Positions 38,516 to 51,046 of a stretch of 64,000 nt of DNA are shown piece by piece (positions within the stretch are counted from its first letter, which is position 1; each line of letters starts with the position of its first letter). The position numbers and the translations under genes were made by a program. Source of the stretch: Cirrosporium novae-zelandiae (taxonomy: Eukaryota); the NCBI GenBank assembly GCA_026023565.1, contig JAPETS010000001.1:1178001-1242000 (forward strand). The letters run 5' to 3'. The notes under the pieces were generated by a model. That model was not told the DNA's origin. It was given only the letters and a program-made list of their open reading frames with translations, and did no database searches.

Positions 38516-39605
38516 CAAGCTAGTATGCTCAAGTTCTTGGAAGTGGCGTAAAGTTCTTAAAAGACATACATAGCCCTTTCAACTGCAACGATGCAACCCA
38601 CTTGAGGGCTAAGGGTAAGCACGCCCTTGGAAGATTATTCTACGGAACTATAAGCAGATAGCAACGCTTTTATGAAGAACAAAACCATTTAATGTCTTTG
38701 TGCAGTCTGGGGGGTACTGTAGTTCGTCTCTAGCTAGAGAAGCACCGACTTGTTTTATTACAAAGCATGAGGAAACCCTTGCCGTTCTAGCTGGGTCATC
38801 CTCGGGGGGTCAATCGACCCTCTAGATCCATATATATGTTGAAGGCAGGCAGATCTAAATTCCTCATCGCAAAAGCTATAAGAGGAGTGTCAACAAATTA
38901 TGCCTGCATAAAGTAACAAGGGCATACTCAAGCACCTTAAACCAACCCTAGTATTGTGGTAGATATCTCCGTTATTGCTTGACTGCGACTTTCCACAAGG
39001 CTATCTGATCTAGTTTGTTGTGAATAAGCTCAGAGACAAGCTCCCAGCGGTGACCGATATAGTGAAATCTCGTGTTCAGAGATGAATTTGCTGGGCTCAT
39101 CACTGGGACTAGCACTATCATGTGTAAGGTTTTTTCACAAGTAAATATAGGTAAATTGATTTAGGATGGTTGAAAAAACTTGCTAGAAATTAGAATTGAC
39201 TTACTTCATTTGGCATAAAATAAAGAAAGAATACGTGTATAACGAGGCGTCAGGTTGTTTCCAGGCTGCAGTTATATTATTCTAAGGTCTTCCTAAGGTG
39301 TATATGTAATTGTAGCGTCACTTTACTATTACGTAGGTGTCGGCCCCGCTAGCCTTCTGTCCGTAAACGGACCTTGTGGCTGTGAACCTCCCCCGCTATT
39401 GGGGAGGTCTAGAGGCCATTGCTATCCGCAGCTTCGACGGCGACTTACTCTCCTAACAGGCAGCCATATCAAAGAACTTCTAAAGAATATCCCATTTCTA
39501 TTAAAATAAATCATTTTTTTAATTATTTTCCAGTGATATAAAGAGAATACCGCTATTAATTTCTTCCCCTCTCAGGCGTCAACCGCCTAAACCCTCGATT
39601 AAGAG

Positions 39606-42363
39606 ATGACGTCCTCTAAAGCTCCCATAGAAACCCCTCCAGCCACGCCCCCTTCTCCTACAGCTTCATTCTATGACCTCAGCGATAATGAAGAAGGGGG
39701 ATATAATACAATCATGCATGCTACTACCGGGAGGGGTGTGAAGCTTCTATATTCAAAGAGCAAAGTAAGTAAAAATTCAACGAACCAGTACAGCTACTTA
39801 AGGTTAGGAATCTAGAAAGGCTAACTGAACTTATTAAAGGTCTATGTTCATCCTACGCCTTCTGCAAAGGACAACATTTCAGGTTTCATAGCCCTTTTAC
39901 AGCAAAAGCCACCTGCCAACTCCTCTACCTCTGCCCGACCTTCGTCGTCCTCTTCCTCTCGAAGCGTGAACGCCGCCTCATTTCTCCTCGCATGGGTTCC
40001 AGAATCCTCCCTCGGCGATGCCCGTGATACATATGTCAAGGTGGACCTTTCAGATTCCACGTCTCCTCCAAAGCAGTCATACCTCGTACCTCCTTTGCCT
40101 ACTACAAGCCGTCTGAATGATCCAGTCGGTACCTATGCATTTGCTATACCAGTCAACGAAATATACTCACTGCTCGTCCGCCCACCAAGTTTAGGGTGGT
40201 GGTTCGGTAGTGTCGTGGTCAATACAAGAGCAGGCGATACCTTCCCCGCTTTGTTCTTCCATGATAGTGAATGCCAATCTACAATCCTGCAAAAGAAGAA
40301 AAGGGCCCGAGAGAATTTTGATCCATTTGATGCCGATGGTAGTCTTTTTTGGGGTGGAGACGAGGTGTTAAGATGGCTCAGAAGATACGTAGACGTGGAA
40401 CGCTCCTCGGCGGACCCAAGTGTCTATCTGATTGAACCAAGTGAAGAGGATCGGAAAGGCTTCGGAGCCAAGCCTGAAAGTCCCAAAGCACAAAAGACAC
40501 AGGATGAAAGGTCTAAGCAAAAAAATAAAGACGGAGGGATGGACCCGTTCACAAAAGCCCTAAAGGAAACGAGGTGGAAGGTCCTGGAGAGCTTCAGCAA
40601 GATTACAACGTTCACGAGGCGAACTGCAAATGATATCGCAGAGAATCCCAAGGTGCCACCTCAAATTAGAAAGCTGATGAAGAACCCTGAAATTCAGACG
40701 CTCCAAGAAGAATTTGATAGTGCAAGGCTGTATCTGGCAAGATGGGCCATGGGGATTGCAGAACAAAGCGAACGAGAACGCAGCCAGAGAATATGGACAG
40801 CTCAAGATGTCTTGGAAATGGAAGATAGCTCCGTTGGAGAATTTGAAATTCTTGATGTCGAAACTGGGAACATGTCTGTTAATGACCGGCGTAAGCCGGT
40901 AACATTAATGGAATGGAATGGCTGGTTTGATAAATTTGGAAGATTGGAAATCACCCCTGATGAAGTCAAAGAGCAGATCTTTCATGGCGGTCTTGATCCA
41001 AATGACGGTGTTCGAAAGGAAGCATGGCTTTTCTTGCTTGGCGTCTACGAATGGCAAAGCACGACTGAAGAAAGAAAAGCTGTAATGAACAGCAAAAGGG
41101 ACGAGTTTGTAAGACTAAAAGGTGCATGGTGGGAAAGGATGGTTGAGGGAACCTCCACCCCCGAGCAATACGAATGGTGGAAAGAGCAGAGAATGCGCAT
41201 AGGTACATCTCCCCATTGACATGTCATGAAATTAGTAGAGAGGCTGACTTGGCCCATTCCTTGGGGTCCGTGCTGTAGAGAAAGATGTCCACAGAACAGA
41301 TCGTAATATCCCATTATTTGCTGGGGAGGATATTCCACATCCAGATCCGGATTCGCCATTTGCAGAAACCGGCACCAATGTTCATTTGGAGCAGATGAAA
41401 GATATGCTTCTAACTTACAACGAGTATAACCCAGATCTTGGCTATGTTCAGGGTATGAGTGACCTACTTGCTCCAATCTACGCTGTGATGCAGGATGACG
41501 CTATTGCATTCTGGGGGTTTGTCCACTTTATGGACCGCATGGTAAGCCAGTCCCCAACCATACCTTCAGATACTCTTTGCTGTCTCTAACTTCCCTGACA
41601 GGAACGTAACTTTCTCCGTGATCAATCCGGCATGCGTGCTCAACTCCTGACTCTTGACCACCTCGTACAACTCATGGATCCTCTACTATACATGCACCTA
41701 CAATCTGCTGATTCCACAAATTTTTTCTTTTTCTTCCGTATGCTCCTTGTATGGTATAAACGCGAATTCGAATGGGCAGATGTTCTCCACCTGTGGGAGA
41801 TTCTATGGTCTGATTGGATGAGCAGCCAGTTCCATCTTTTCATTGCGCTGGCTATCTTAGAAAAGCATCGCGAGATCATTATCCAGCATCTGAAACATTT
41901 TGACGAGGTGCTGAAATATATCAACGAACTCTCTGGAACGATTGATCTGAACTCTACCCTCATCCGTGCCGAGGCGCTCTTTCGTCGCTTCCAACGTACC
42001 GTCGAAGCCATCGATAAAAAACATAATTTTCCTGCCCCGCCATCGCCTATTCGATCCCGCAGCGGAAGCCACAAGAACGACAGCACAGAAAGCAGCGGTA
42101 GTAATACCAATAAAAACAAGTCCCATTCCCCGACTTCTCCCATAAGTCCTCGACCCCAGTTTTCCTCTCAATACGCGCACGCGACTCTTCAGTCCGTCGC
42201 AAGAGGTCTAAGAGAGCAGAGGGAACAACAGCAACAACGAAATCAGCAGGAAAGGTCAAAAGCAAAGATTATTAGCCCTGAGCTGCGAGGCTTACTTAGC
42301 AGGAAGGTCATTGTTCTTGACAAAAGTGAAGTCGTTGAACATGGGGGCGGTGTGGGAAAATAA
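39606..42363 (+). CDS. GYP7: Rab-GAP TBC domain protein Gyp7
   Basis: Four exons. KLLYSKSKVYVHP N-terminus, IFHGGLD..VRKEAWLFLLG, EKDVHRTDR, GYVQGMSDLLAPI, FFFRMLLVWYKREF. Confidence 0.95.
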
Positions 42364-44759
42364 AGTAATGGGAAGGATAAAATAAAATAGAGCGAGTAGG
42401 ATATGTGGGTGGGCATTATATAGCATAGCACATCTATAGCCTTCAAGATTGCTGTGCACCGCCGCTCCAGCTTGCTTGCTTGGATGTGAGAGTACTTTTA
42501 GTTACCATTGAAAATGTTTAGGCGCTGGTGGATCTGGGGATCAACGGATAGGAACTCCGATGTATGTTTTTTTCTCTAGGGGTTAAAACATGAGGCAGGA
42601 TTGGGTTGGGGGAGGGGATAGCTATCTAGACCGATTTTGCTGTTCCTTAACGAGCATCAAGAAGGTCTTTCAAGCAAAATGAACATTTTGATTCAAATCG
42701 ATCTATGGCCCGGATTTGGCTTTTTCCCATTTAAAACGCTCGGGATCCCTTTTATTAGGCAAAATGAACAAATCTCTAGACTTGTTGTTCATCGAAAAGG
42801 CCCAAATACTGACAGACTAGACTAATCTAACCCAAACCCGAAAAAAGTAGACTAGGTCTTTGAATTTAGATATCCATTCTCATTGAATCGACTACTTAAC
42901 CAGTGCTTTCAGATCAGTTCAACTTCCGATTAACTAGTCTATGTCTCTAACTTTTTCGTAATGTTTTGAATTGTTGCCTTCCTTCCATATATATAAAACC
43001 AATTCCTACGCCTGTGGCTTGTCGTTTCGATAAATAACTATAGGGTAATTAACCTATCAATGTTGTTTGTTAAAAGGGAGGAGGCTCTCTCTAATTTCAG
43101 ATCGTTTTAACTCACTCTGATGATGCCACCCCATAGCGATTATGTTCGAGGGTTGAGCAGGGAAGGGGAGTAGACATAATTAGCAAAAATTCAACATCAA
43201 ACACAAAATCTAGCACATGATGGCTGTCTGCTGTGCTTATCAAATAAACAAGTAGAAAGCGTTGTTGTATTGTACTAGAAGTTAGGATCTAACCAGCCCT
43301 TGAGCGTGTCTTATGTATGGGGCAGGCAGGCAGACTGGGAAGAAGAAGAAGGCCTACAAAAGTCGGATATATGTCAAAATTATAATCATAGATAGCTATT
43401 TATCGATAATTAAATGCTAGCCAGCTTAAGAGTTTGGTCTGAAAAAAAGTGATAATATATTCGTTCTTCATAGAGAAGGTCATACTGGTTACTTTTTTTT
43501 CTTCACAAGGGTCTATCTCCCTAGAGTATGGAAAGCAAAAAATTAATTTTTATTGAAACCTGGTTTTGCTTGCGGACCTGCCCAAGATGGATTGGTGAAT
43601 GATATCTCTTCATGCCGACCCCTTTTCTTCTGAACTTGGTGAATGTGTTCAAGAATTTATTTAATACCTAGTTACTATACCGTTAGCTAGGTCACCTGTT
43701 CAAAAAATTGATCGCCAGTTACTTGAGATAGGATATTTGCATTTGGTAAGAAGCTCACCACTGCCTCCCATATGTGGGGGTTTGAAAACTTTTAGGGAAG
43801 TGAGCACCGAGAGAGACTTTTTTTTGTAAATTGTGGATAATGGATGTGTAGATCGTAATGCTGGAATATGATATAGGGCGAGTTATTAGACATGTACTGT
43901 GTATGTACAAGGCCAAGTCAAAGAAGGAAGGGTCTATATATCCTACTAGGAAGTAGGAAAGCCCTCCATTTGTATCCAGAATTGTAGGTACTAGCTAGAA
44001 TAGTTGGTGTTGGTTTTTTATATCAAAGTTGGACGTAAAAGAAAAGGATATCAGACGCGTGACGGATACCCTTTTTCTGAATTAGCGGTGGGGTAAACTG
44101 ACCTAATATATACTTGGGTGGAATATCTCGCTCCATGTGAACTCATCAAGAGCCATGGCTCGTCGACATCTCGTCATGGAGAGTATGGATGATACCGTTG
44201 GCGGGAGATTCAACGTGTGGGGATTCCCACTGAAGTAGGAGTGATCACGATGCCTTTACGGAATCATTCAGCAGTATCCTGTTGTTTAGCTTTTCATTCT
44301 GGACTCCTTCCCAGCTGAAACCTGTTCTGTACCTTCTTGATATATTTTTCGGAGCGTTCTATTGTCGTTGGATGAATAGCGAGCATGTACTGTACTTAAT
44401 GTATCAAATGTTAGTAGGGAACCCCTGCTTGTTCGGGAAGTTTAAGAACTCCGAGGCACCGAGATCGATGAGAGAAGAGAGATTGTGAGATGTGGATTTG
44501 AAACAGGCCCGGAGCATTCCACTCACTTTGATGTCGTTATGCTTAAATCTCGATGATACATATGAACGGATTAGATGGTTCACATGCTAAATGCCGTTTC
44601 GTATCCTGGACACTTGCACTATGTGTGTGCACGCACTTGTCAATGGACGGACACACTTTTCAAGTATATCGTTCCCTCCTTCTGATACTGTCTTTGGGAT
44701 ATAGCGAACGCCCCTTGCACAATCAATGTATGAGACTGCGTAAATTCCGGTTCTTTAGC

Positions 44760-45272
44760 TCAGCTCGTAGGACCATTGTCTCGACTCTCGTTTTCATCCT
44801 TTTCCCCCTCCTTTACTTCCGGCTCTTCTTCCAGCTTCTCTTTAGCCTCTTCCAACGCTCTATATTTCCTCCGTTTTTTCTTATCCGCACTGGCCTTCCT
44901 CTTTTGCTTCACCTTGGTCTTTACACCAACCCTACTCTCCTCTCCTTTCTCCATCTGCTCAACCTTCTCTGCCAGTATCCGTCTCGCAATCTTGCGATTC
45001 TGTGTGCGCGAGCGAGTTGCTTGAGACTTTATGACGATGCCGGTGGGGAGGTGCTTCAACTGGACGGCAGAAGAGGTTTTGTTAATTTTCTGACCGCCTG
45101 GGCCTGAGCCTTTGAGGAAGGCTTCGGTGATGTCGGACTCGTCTATTTTGGGGCGAGGGGGCATCTGTTTGATAAGAGGAATCGGGGTGTACGTCAACAG
45201 GCGAGTTTGTTGACGAAGAGAAGAAAGGAAGGCATGCTGTAGGCGTTGATGGAAGCGGATATGGGGAAGCAT
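44760..45272 (-). CDS. Mitochondrial RF-1-domain peptidyl-tRNA hydrolase/ribosome-rescue factor (C12orf65/MTRFR, Rso55-like)
   Basis: 170 aa. Basic presequence-like N-terminus, EAFLKGSGPGGQKINKTSSAVQLKH..SQATRSRTQNR, Lys/Arg-rich tail. Confidence 0.9.
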   Translation of the reverse strand: MLPHIRFHQRLQHAFLSSLRQQTRLLTYTPIPLIKQMPPRPKIDESDITEAFLKGSGPGGQKINKTSSAVQLKHLPTGIVIKSQATRSRTQNRKIARRILAEKVEQMEKGEESRVGVKTKVKQKRKASADKKKRRKYRALEEAKEKLEEEPEVKEGEKDENESRDNGPTS

Positions 45273-45384
45273 TGTGAATGAGAAATTCTGGCGGCTGCTT
45301 CAAGGTGGTTCATCAATTAATGTGAGCTGAGAGTGGAACCTGTAGAGTGGAGACGTTGCATCTGTACAATTCCGTAAATAATTT

Positions 45385-45420
45385 TCAGGGTCAGGGTCGG
45401 GGTCAGGGTCAGGGTCAAGG
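45385..45420 (+). repeat. (TCAGGG)x6 telomere-variant-like hexamer repeat
   Basis: tcaggg tcaggg tcgggg tcaggg tcaggg tcaagg in the divergent promoter. Confidence 0.85.
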
Positions 45421-45794
45421 TCTGGATTGGTGAAAGCTTGGGATCAGTTCATTATCAGAAATGCCAGAGTCAAATGAATTAAACCAACTAAAGAATTGCC
45501 TAAGTGGTCATTTAGTTAGCAACTCAGCAACATTGAGATAGTCAGTCGGTGCACGGCCCCGGGACCTCTTCTAGATTCAATCAATCAATACCTTCCTGCC
45601 TCACTGGAACCTGTCGTACTCCCTGTTTCTAAATTGTCTTGCACCTAAACAATCATCATTCAACTTCTTCTTCTTCCACTACTACCTTAAAGCCTCTTTT
45701 TATATCCCCGAGTACTTGCAACTGATAATAATTGCCCTTCTTGCTCATCGCCGCCGCCATCTCCACGAACCTCACCTTGTCCACCGGGGACAGC

Positions 45795-46134
45795 ATGCTC
45801 GAAATGTTCCCCTCCGTTCTTCCATACCTGCGACGGAAACGCTACCAATATGAAGTTACCTACTCTCTCTACATGTTAACACCGACCGAAAAGTTCATTT
45901 TCAGTAAGTCAAACCATATGAACAGACCCCTTTCCCCCCTCCCCTCTTCCCAAAAATGAATTCAATCTCTAATCTCCACCAGACTCCTTCGTCTTCCTCA
46001 TCTTCTCCATGATCTTCATCGCATGCGTGCTCTACCTACCAGAACATATCTCAAAGCTAGCCGGCCGTGCCTGGTTCTACTATGCCGGTGATGACGAGGT
46101 CCCTGTCGCTCAGCTCCGGCATGCCGAGCTATAA
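45795..46134 (+). CDS. Serine palmitoyltransferase small regulatory subunit (SPTss/Tsc3-like), 86 aa
   Basis: Exons 45795-45903 and 45983-46134 (GTAAGT..CTAAT..CAG) give MLEMFPSVLPYLRRKRYQYEVTYSLYMLTPTEKFIFNSFVFLIFSMIFIACVLYLPEHISKLAGRAWFYYAG. YQYEVT..LYML.P.EK.IFN and YLP.H are family motifs. Confidence 0.85.
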
Positions 46135-47912
46135 TACTTCCACTCCACACTCTGCGCGTTATACTGCATATTCTAAGACATTGGACCTAACTTAGAGTTA
46201 CTCGGAATTATTGTGAGCAACGGTTGTGCCTGCATGCTTTCCGAAAACTTTAAGCCAAAAAAAAAAACACTGAGAGGAGCAAGCTATCAAACATGGTCGT
46301 GGATATAGATATGTATATATGCAAGGGATTGAGACTAGAGCCCCAACAACTTGGGAGAACATCGCAATGGGAATTGCCGGCTTAAGGTTCTAAGAGCGGG
46401 CATATATGCATATTTTCCTCACCTAGCAATGGCGGCCTTGTGATATGGATATAGAAAGAACAATTTTAGAAGATGAAGCGGGGCCGAATAATTATGTGAT
46501 ACCCCCACCTTATACACCCAACGATGGCGTTTTTATATGATTTTACTTCTATTTAATGGAAGGGGGCCGTCAAAGGGACACGACCCTAAGAGGGGGTGGA
46601 AATTAATCTATTTATGGAGAGCCCCTCGAGATATTCATCAAGGCTTGCTAGAAGTTTTCGGTGTTGGATCTTTTGATAATATGGAATCGGAGCAATAAAT
46701 TCGCATCATATAGCCCCTAAGGGGGCCCATACTAATTATCCTAAATTCTTATCACATCTTCTCCAACACCTCGCGCCGCTGCTGAAACGCTGGGACAATT
46801 TGTATAGATGTAAAATAGACCAAAAATGGCAAGCAAGATAATGGTATTTCATTGCATAAATTTCTATCTGATGCTCATGGGGTTTGGGTTTACCCATTTT
46901 TACCTGTATCTATCCAACCCAATCCAATCAGTCAATCAATCGATCAACCCCACTAACTAACAGCAGCTAGCTAGGCTTCTTAAAAACATAAAATTAAATA
47001 AATCCATCATGTCGAGGGCAAGACAAGGTACGAAAAAAGCCCAGTCCAATAAATGAGCGAGTGATAAAAGGACTGCGTTTTAGTTTGGTTGGTTTGACCC
47101 TCAAAGTACACCCTGCCCTAGCCACGTCCATAGTAATAAGAATAAATCATCTTGGCCCCTTTTACCCCATTCTCTCGACTTTTTTGTAAAATATTTGAAG
47201 CCATGCATAAATAAGCTAGATCAGACCAGTCAACAACAAAAAAGAAAAAAATTGCCCCTTCAAACTAGAAGTAGATACGTTCCAAGAAAGCCTGGTACAA
47301 CAGAGCCGTAATGTAATCAGAATCATAGGGGAAACAGAGTAGGTAGGTAGCATCATCTCCATTATAACAAAAAAAATCAATTTAGCGCATGTAACGCCAC
47401 CAGAAATTAACATCAATCCTAGAAAGCAAGCCGTTTCCCATATAATAGCCCTAGAAAGCAAGCCAGACATATTTTTTGATATCTTAGCACCCATAGTCAT
47501 GATATGAAAAAAACTTATTTCCCGAAAGTTGTGCTAATAGAACATTTTTGTGAAATTTTCGCCATCGTCATTCATCACACAGCCCTAATGTGGTGTATCA
47601 ATGAAAAAGAGGGGCGAAGGACAAAAAGGTTGATAATGCAGGGTAGCTGGGGGTAAAGAAACGAACGGAGTTGATAATTAGAGCCACTCAAATTGTGAGA
47701 TCAGGGGGACCCCCTCTCATGAATGACCACATATGTTACCGAAAAAGCATTTGTGGTTTCACAAATTAAACCTGATTTGTAATGCCATCATACTAATGGA
47801 GCACCCCTCATAGGTTCGATCGTTTCAACAGTAACACCAAAGTTACCGACATTAAATTATCGAAACAATGTCGAGCGCTTTCACGATAAGTAGAATAGCC
47901 AATAGTCAGTGC

Positions 47913-50900
47913 CTAAGGTGCCTCCCCAGTGTCGACTTCAGGCTGGATAATCCTAGTACCTTTGAGATGGTTCTCGATCGATGGGCTCATGTAGCTGTTT
48001 GTTGCGCTTGGCAAAGAACTGCTTTGTGGGCTTTGTGTATCCGCGGTAAGCAAAGGCGGTGTAGACGTGGGAGGAAACTCGGCTTGCGGTGAGGTCGCGC
48101 CCGATGGTTGTGCCGAGCTGAGAGATGGCGTTAGATTATTGATGATTTTGTCAATTGCAGCAACTTGTTTGCCCATACTAAACTTCCTCATCTCGAGCAT
48201 TGGCTGTTGAATTTGACCAATAAGTTTCGAACGGTCTTCCCCCTTGAGTTGAGTCAAAAGTTTCTCTGCCAAAAGTTAGAGCGAAATATGACTAGATGTA
48301 TGGAATAACTTACGGATCACATAGTTGCCGTACTGATCTCGCACTAATATTTGCGAGGGGCTCTCTCCACGTTCATTGACTGCCGTCACCATGGAGAAGA
48401 TCCGAGCCCTATGCTCGTTCGTGCCGAACTGGATGCTTTTCTCAACCACATTGCTGGCAAATTTATGTTTCGAATAGACTAGTAATTGTGCCGTAACAAG
48501 GGCGATGATTTTCACCCGATCCTCTTCTTCACCATGCTCAATTACATGTTGAATGACATAGTTTCCATATTGATCTGCAATAAGGTTTGAAGCAAATGAG
48601 TGCAGCTCACAAAGAACTGATTTTCGAGCGCCATCTTCACAATGCTCTAACATGCGTTGAATAACCCGGCAGCCATATGGATGTTGAGCAAGACGAGGTA
48701 CTTGAGTAGTGAATTCATTAATTATGAACTGAATGTGTTCGGCCGGGACCCGCTCGATTGCCTTTTGAATGACATGGTTGCCGTTCTGATCCTTGACACA
48801 CTTGATGACATGTTCATCAAGCTCCTTCACCAAGGCGGCCTGTTGATCTACTAGAATATGTTCTAAAGCCTGAGATATTATTAGTCACCAGCCATCATGG
48901 GAGATGAGTGTAGCGGATTATTACCTTTTGTACAACTCTGCATCCATACATTTGCAAGGACAGGGCTACTATATGACCCTTCATTTGGTTTGCAAGTATC
49001 TTTTTTTGAGACTGGTTGCCATGCTCAAATATCTTTTGGATAACATAGTTACCAAATACGTCGGTCATCAGTTGAAGTGAATTGGGTTGGATCTCCGCGA
49101 AAACCTGATCCTTTTCATCACTATTGGCAGTCTCAAGTTTCTGCTGGATAAACCGGGAGCCGTGTTGATCGCCACTGAACTCGACGATATGGTTGTAGAT
49201 ATCCTGAGCGCAAGAATAAGCTGCGAACGTCATGAAACTAGAGTAGATTTTGCATACCTTAAGTTCGTATTTCCTTGTAGCCTTACCATGGGACCTAAAC
49301 TCCTCTAACAAAGCGCTCCGAATGCTATGAACATCGTGGTCACGCGATGAGGTTCTTGCCGCGGCTGGGGGGACAAAAGCCCCTGCCGGTAAAGGGTAGA
49401 GGAATCTCATTCCGCTAATATTGTTATAGTCTTGGGGACTTGCATAAGGCGGTCTAGTCTGGATAGCGGGTTGTTGGTGCTGGGGTTGGAAATATGGCTG
49501 CTGTTCAAGTTGTAGTCTATTCAATTTCCGATCAAGCAGAGCAGCTTGGCCGTTCGGCATTCGTCCTGGAAAGTTCCCATTTGATGGGGTACGAACGCCT
49601 ACGGGAGGTGTTCCACCATTGGAGTAAAATATACCGTTTTGATCTCGCCGGTAATCGCTTCGTGGAGAAATGGAATCACGATTAGCAAGTTGAAAATTAC
49701 GGAACGAGCCAAATTGCTGGGAAAAAGTGCCTTCAGGTAGACCATCGGGGATGAAATTTCCAAGGTTTTGCGGATAGTTGACACTTTCAAAGTTTGTGAG
49801 GCTGTTCATAAGTACTAGATTATTTTGGGAGGCGACCTCGGCATCACTAAGGCCAATGTTTGAAGAAGGGGTCATTATAGGGGCAGATGACTGTACATAG
49901 TATGGCTCAGCATCGGTTATACTCAGTCTTCCCAAAGCCCCCTGCCAATCGGTCCCTTCTCGGAATCGAGCGTTAGAGGAATCAGAATTCGACCTGGGAT
50001 TCTCATTCTTCTGAACTTGGGACTGCGACGAGAAAGTAGATTGTATGGAAAGATTTGGTCGATGGGACATCAAATCCGTATTGGCCTGGGATTGAGAGCT
50101 ATATGTTGGGCTATTAAGTGACATCGACTCTGGTCCATCCCTGAAAGGTGGAAGATGGCCATTTGAAGGCAGACCATTAGGATTCATATACTTAGTATCG
50201 AAAGAGGGCGCTGGGAAACTCTGGGGACCCGAAATGGAGGAATTATGTGAAAATGTTGTAGGCTGAGATTGCAGTCGAATATTATGTTCAGGGTTGGAGT
50301 AGTTTGGGAATGTGCTGAAGGGAATGTCCTGATCATGAGCAGCGCATGGTACCGAAGAAGAGACATCTAGGAATGACTTCGGCGCTGTTGTGCTAGGTGT
50401 CGCCGAATTGACAGTAGCAAATTTTGATGGCGTAAAATAAGGAGAAGTGCTTCGGGGTTGGCTAATAAAGGGTTGGGATGCTGTATTTGGAGCACCATTT
50501 CGAGGCCGGAGTGGAGAGTTGTTTAGCGTAGGAGCTGGTCTACCTGAAGTAGAGGATGAAGTGGATCTCGCCTGGTTCCATGACATGCTTTGTCGATTAC
50601 TCCAACCATCAGATTCTGAAGTTGATAGCAGGGAGCTGGACCCTGTTTTGCCTTCAAATCCATCATCTTGTAATGGAAACTCTTTGATATTGTCCACTGT
50701 TGGTAGTTTGTTAATAATAACCTTGAGCCGGCTAACTAGACTTCTACTCACCTTTTTGGCGGCTGTAGTCGCTGGAAGAAGCTGTAAACCTACTTCTCAA
50801 GCTACCAGTGCCCCAGATCGAGTTGTTGTTCCAAACGTTTGGATTTCCAAAAGTAGATGAAGGTTGCTGAGAGGAGCGGGCTTGTTCTCCATTATTGGTG

Positions 50901-51046
50901 CTGGAAGTGTCGAAATTTCCTAGACGAGGATTTCGGCCCTATATTCGACGAAAACCATCAGCATCAAAATTCCCTCGCCATTTTTTTAATTGAAAAGTAC
51001 ACACATTCGTGGCCGCCAAAGTACTGTTTGCCAAAGCTGTCGCCAT
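47913..51046 (-). CDS. PUF3: Pumilio/PUF RNA-binding protein (Puf3-like)
   Basis: Probable ATG 51046 ([14 protein letters not shown]), next exon with NSIWG, long low-complexity region, then eight Pum repeats (SRFIQ, NYVIQ, CRVVQ, NHVIQ, CRVIQ, NYVIQ, SNVVE, NYVIQ). Stop at 47913. The 5' exons are less certain. Confidence 0.92.
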
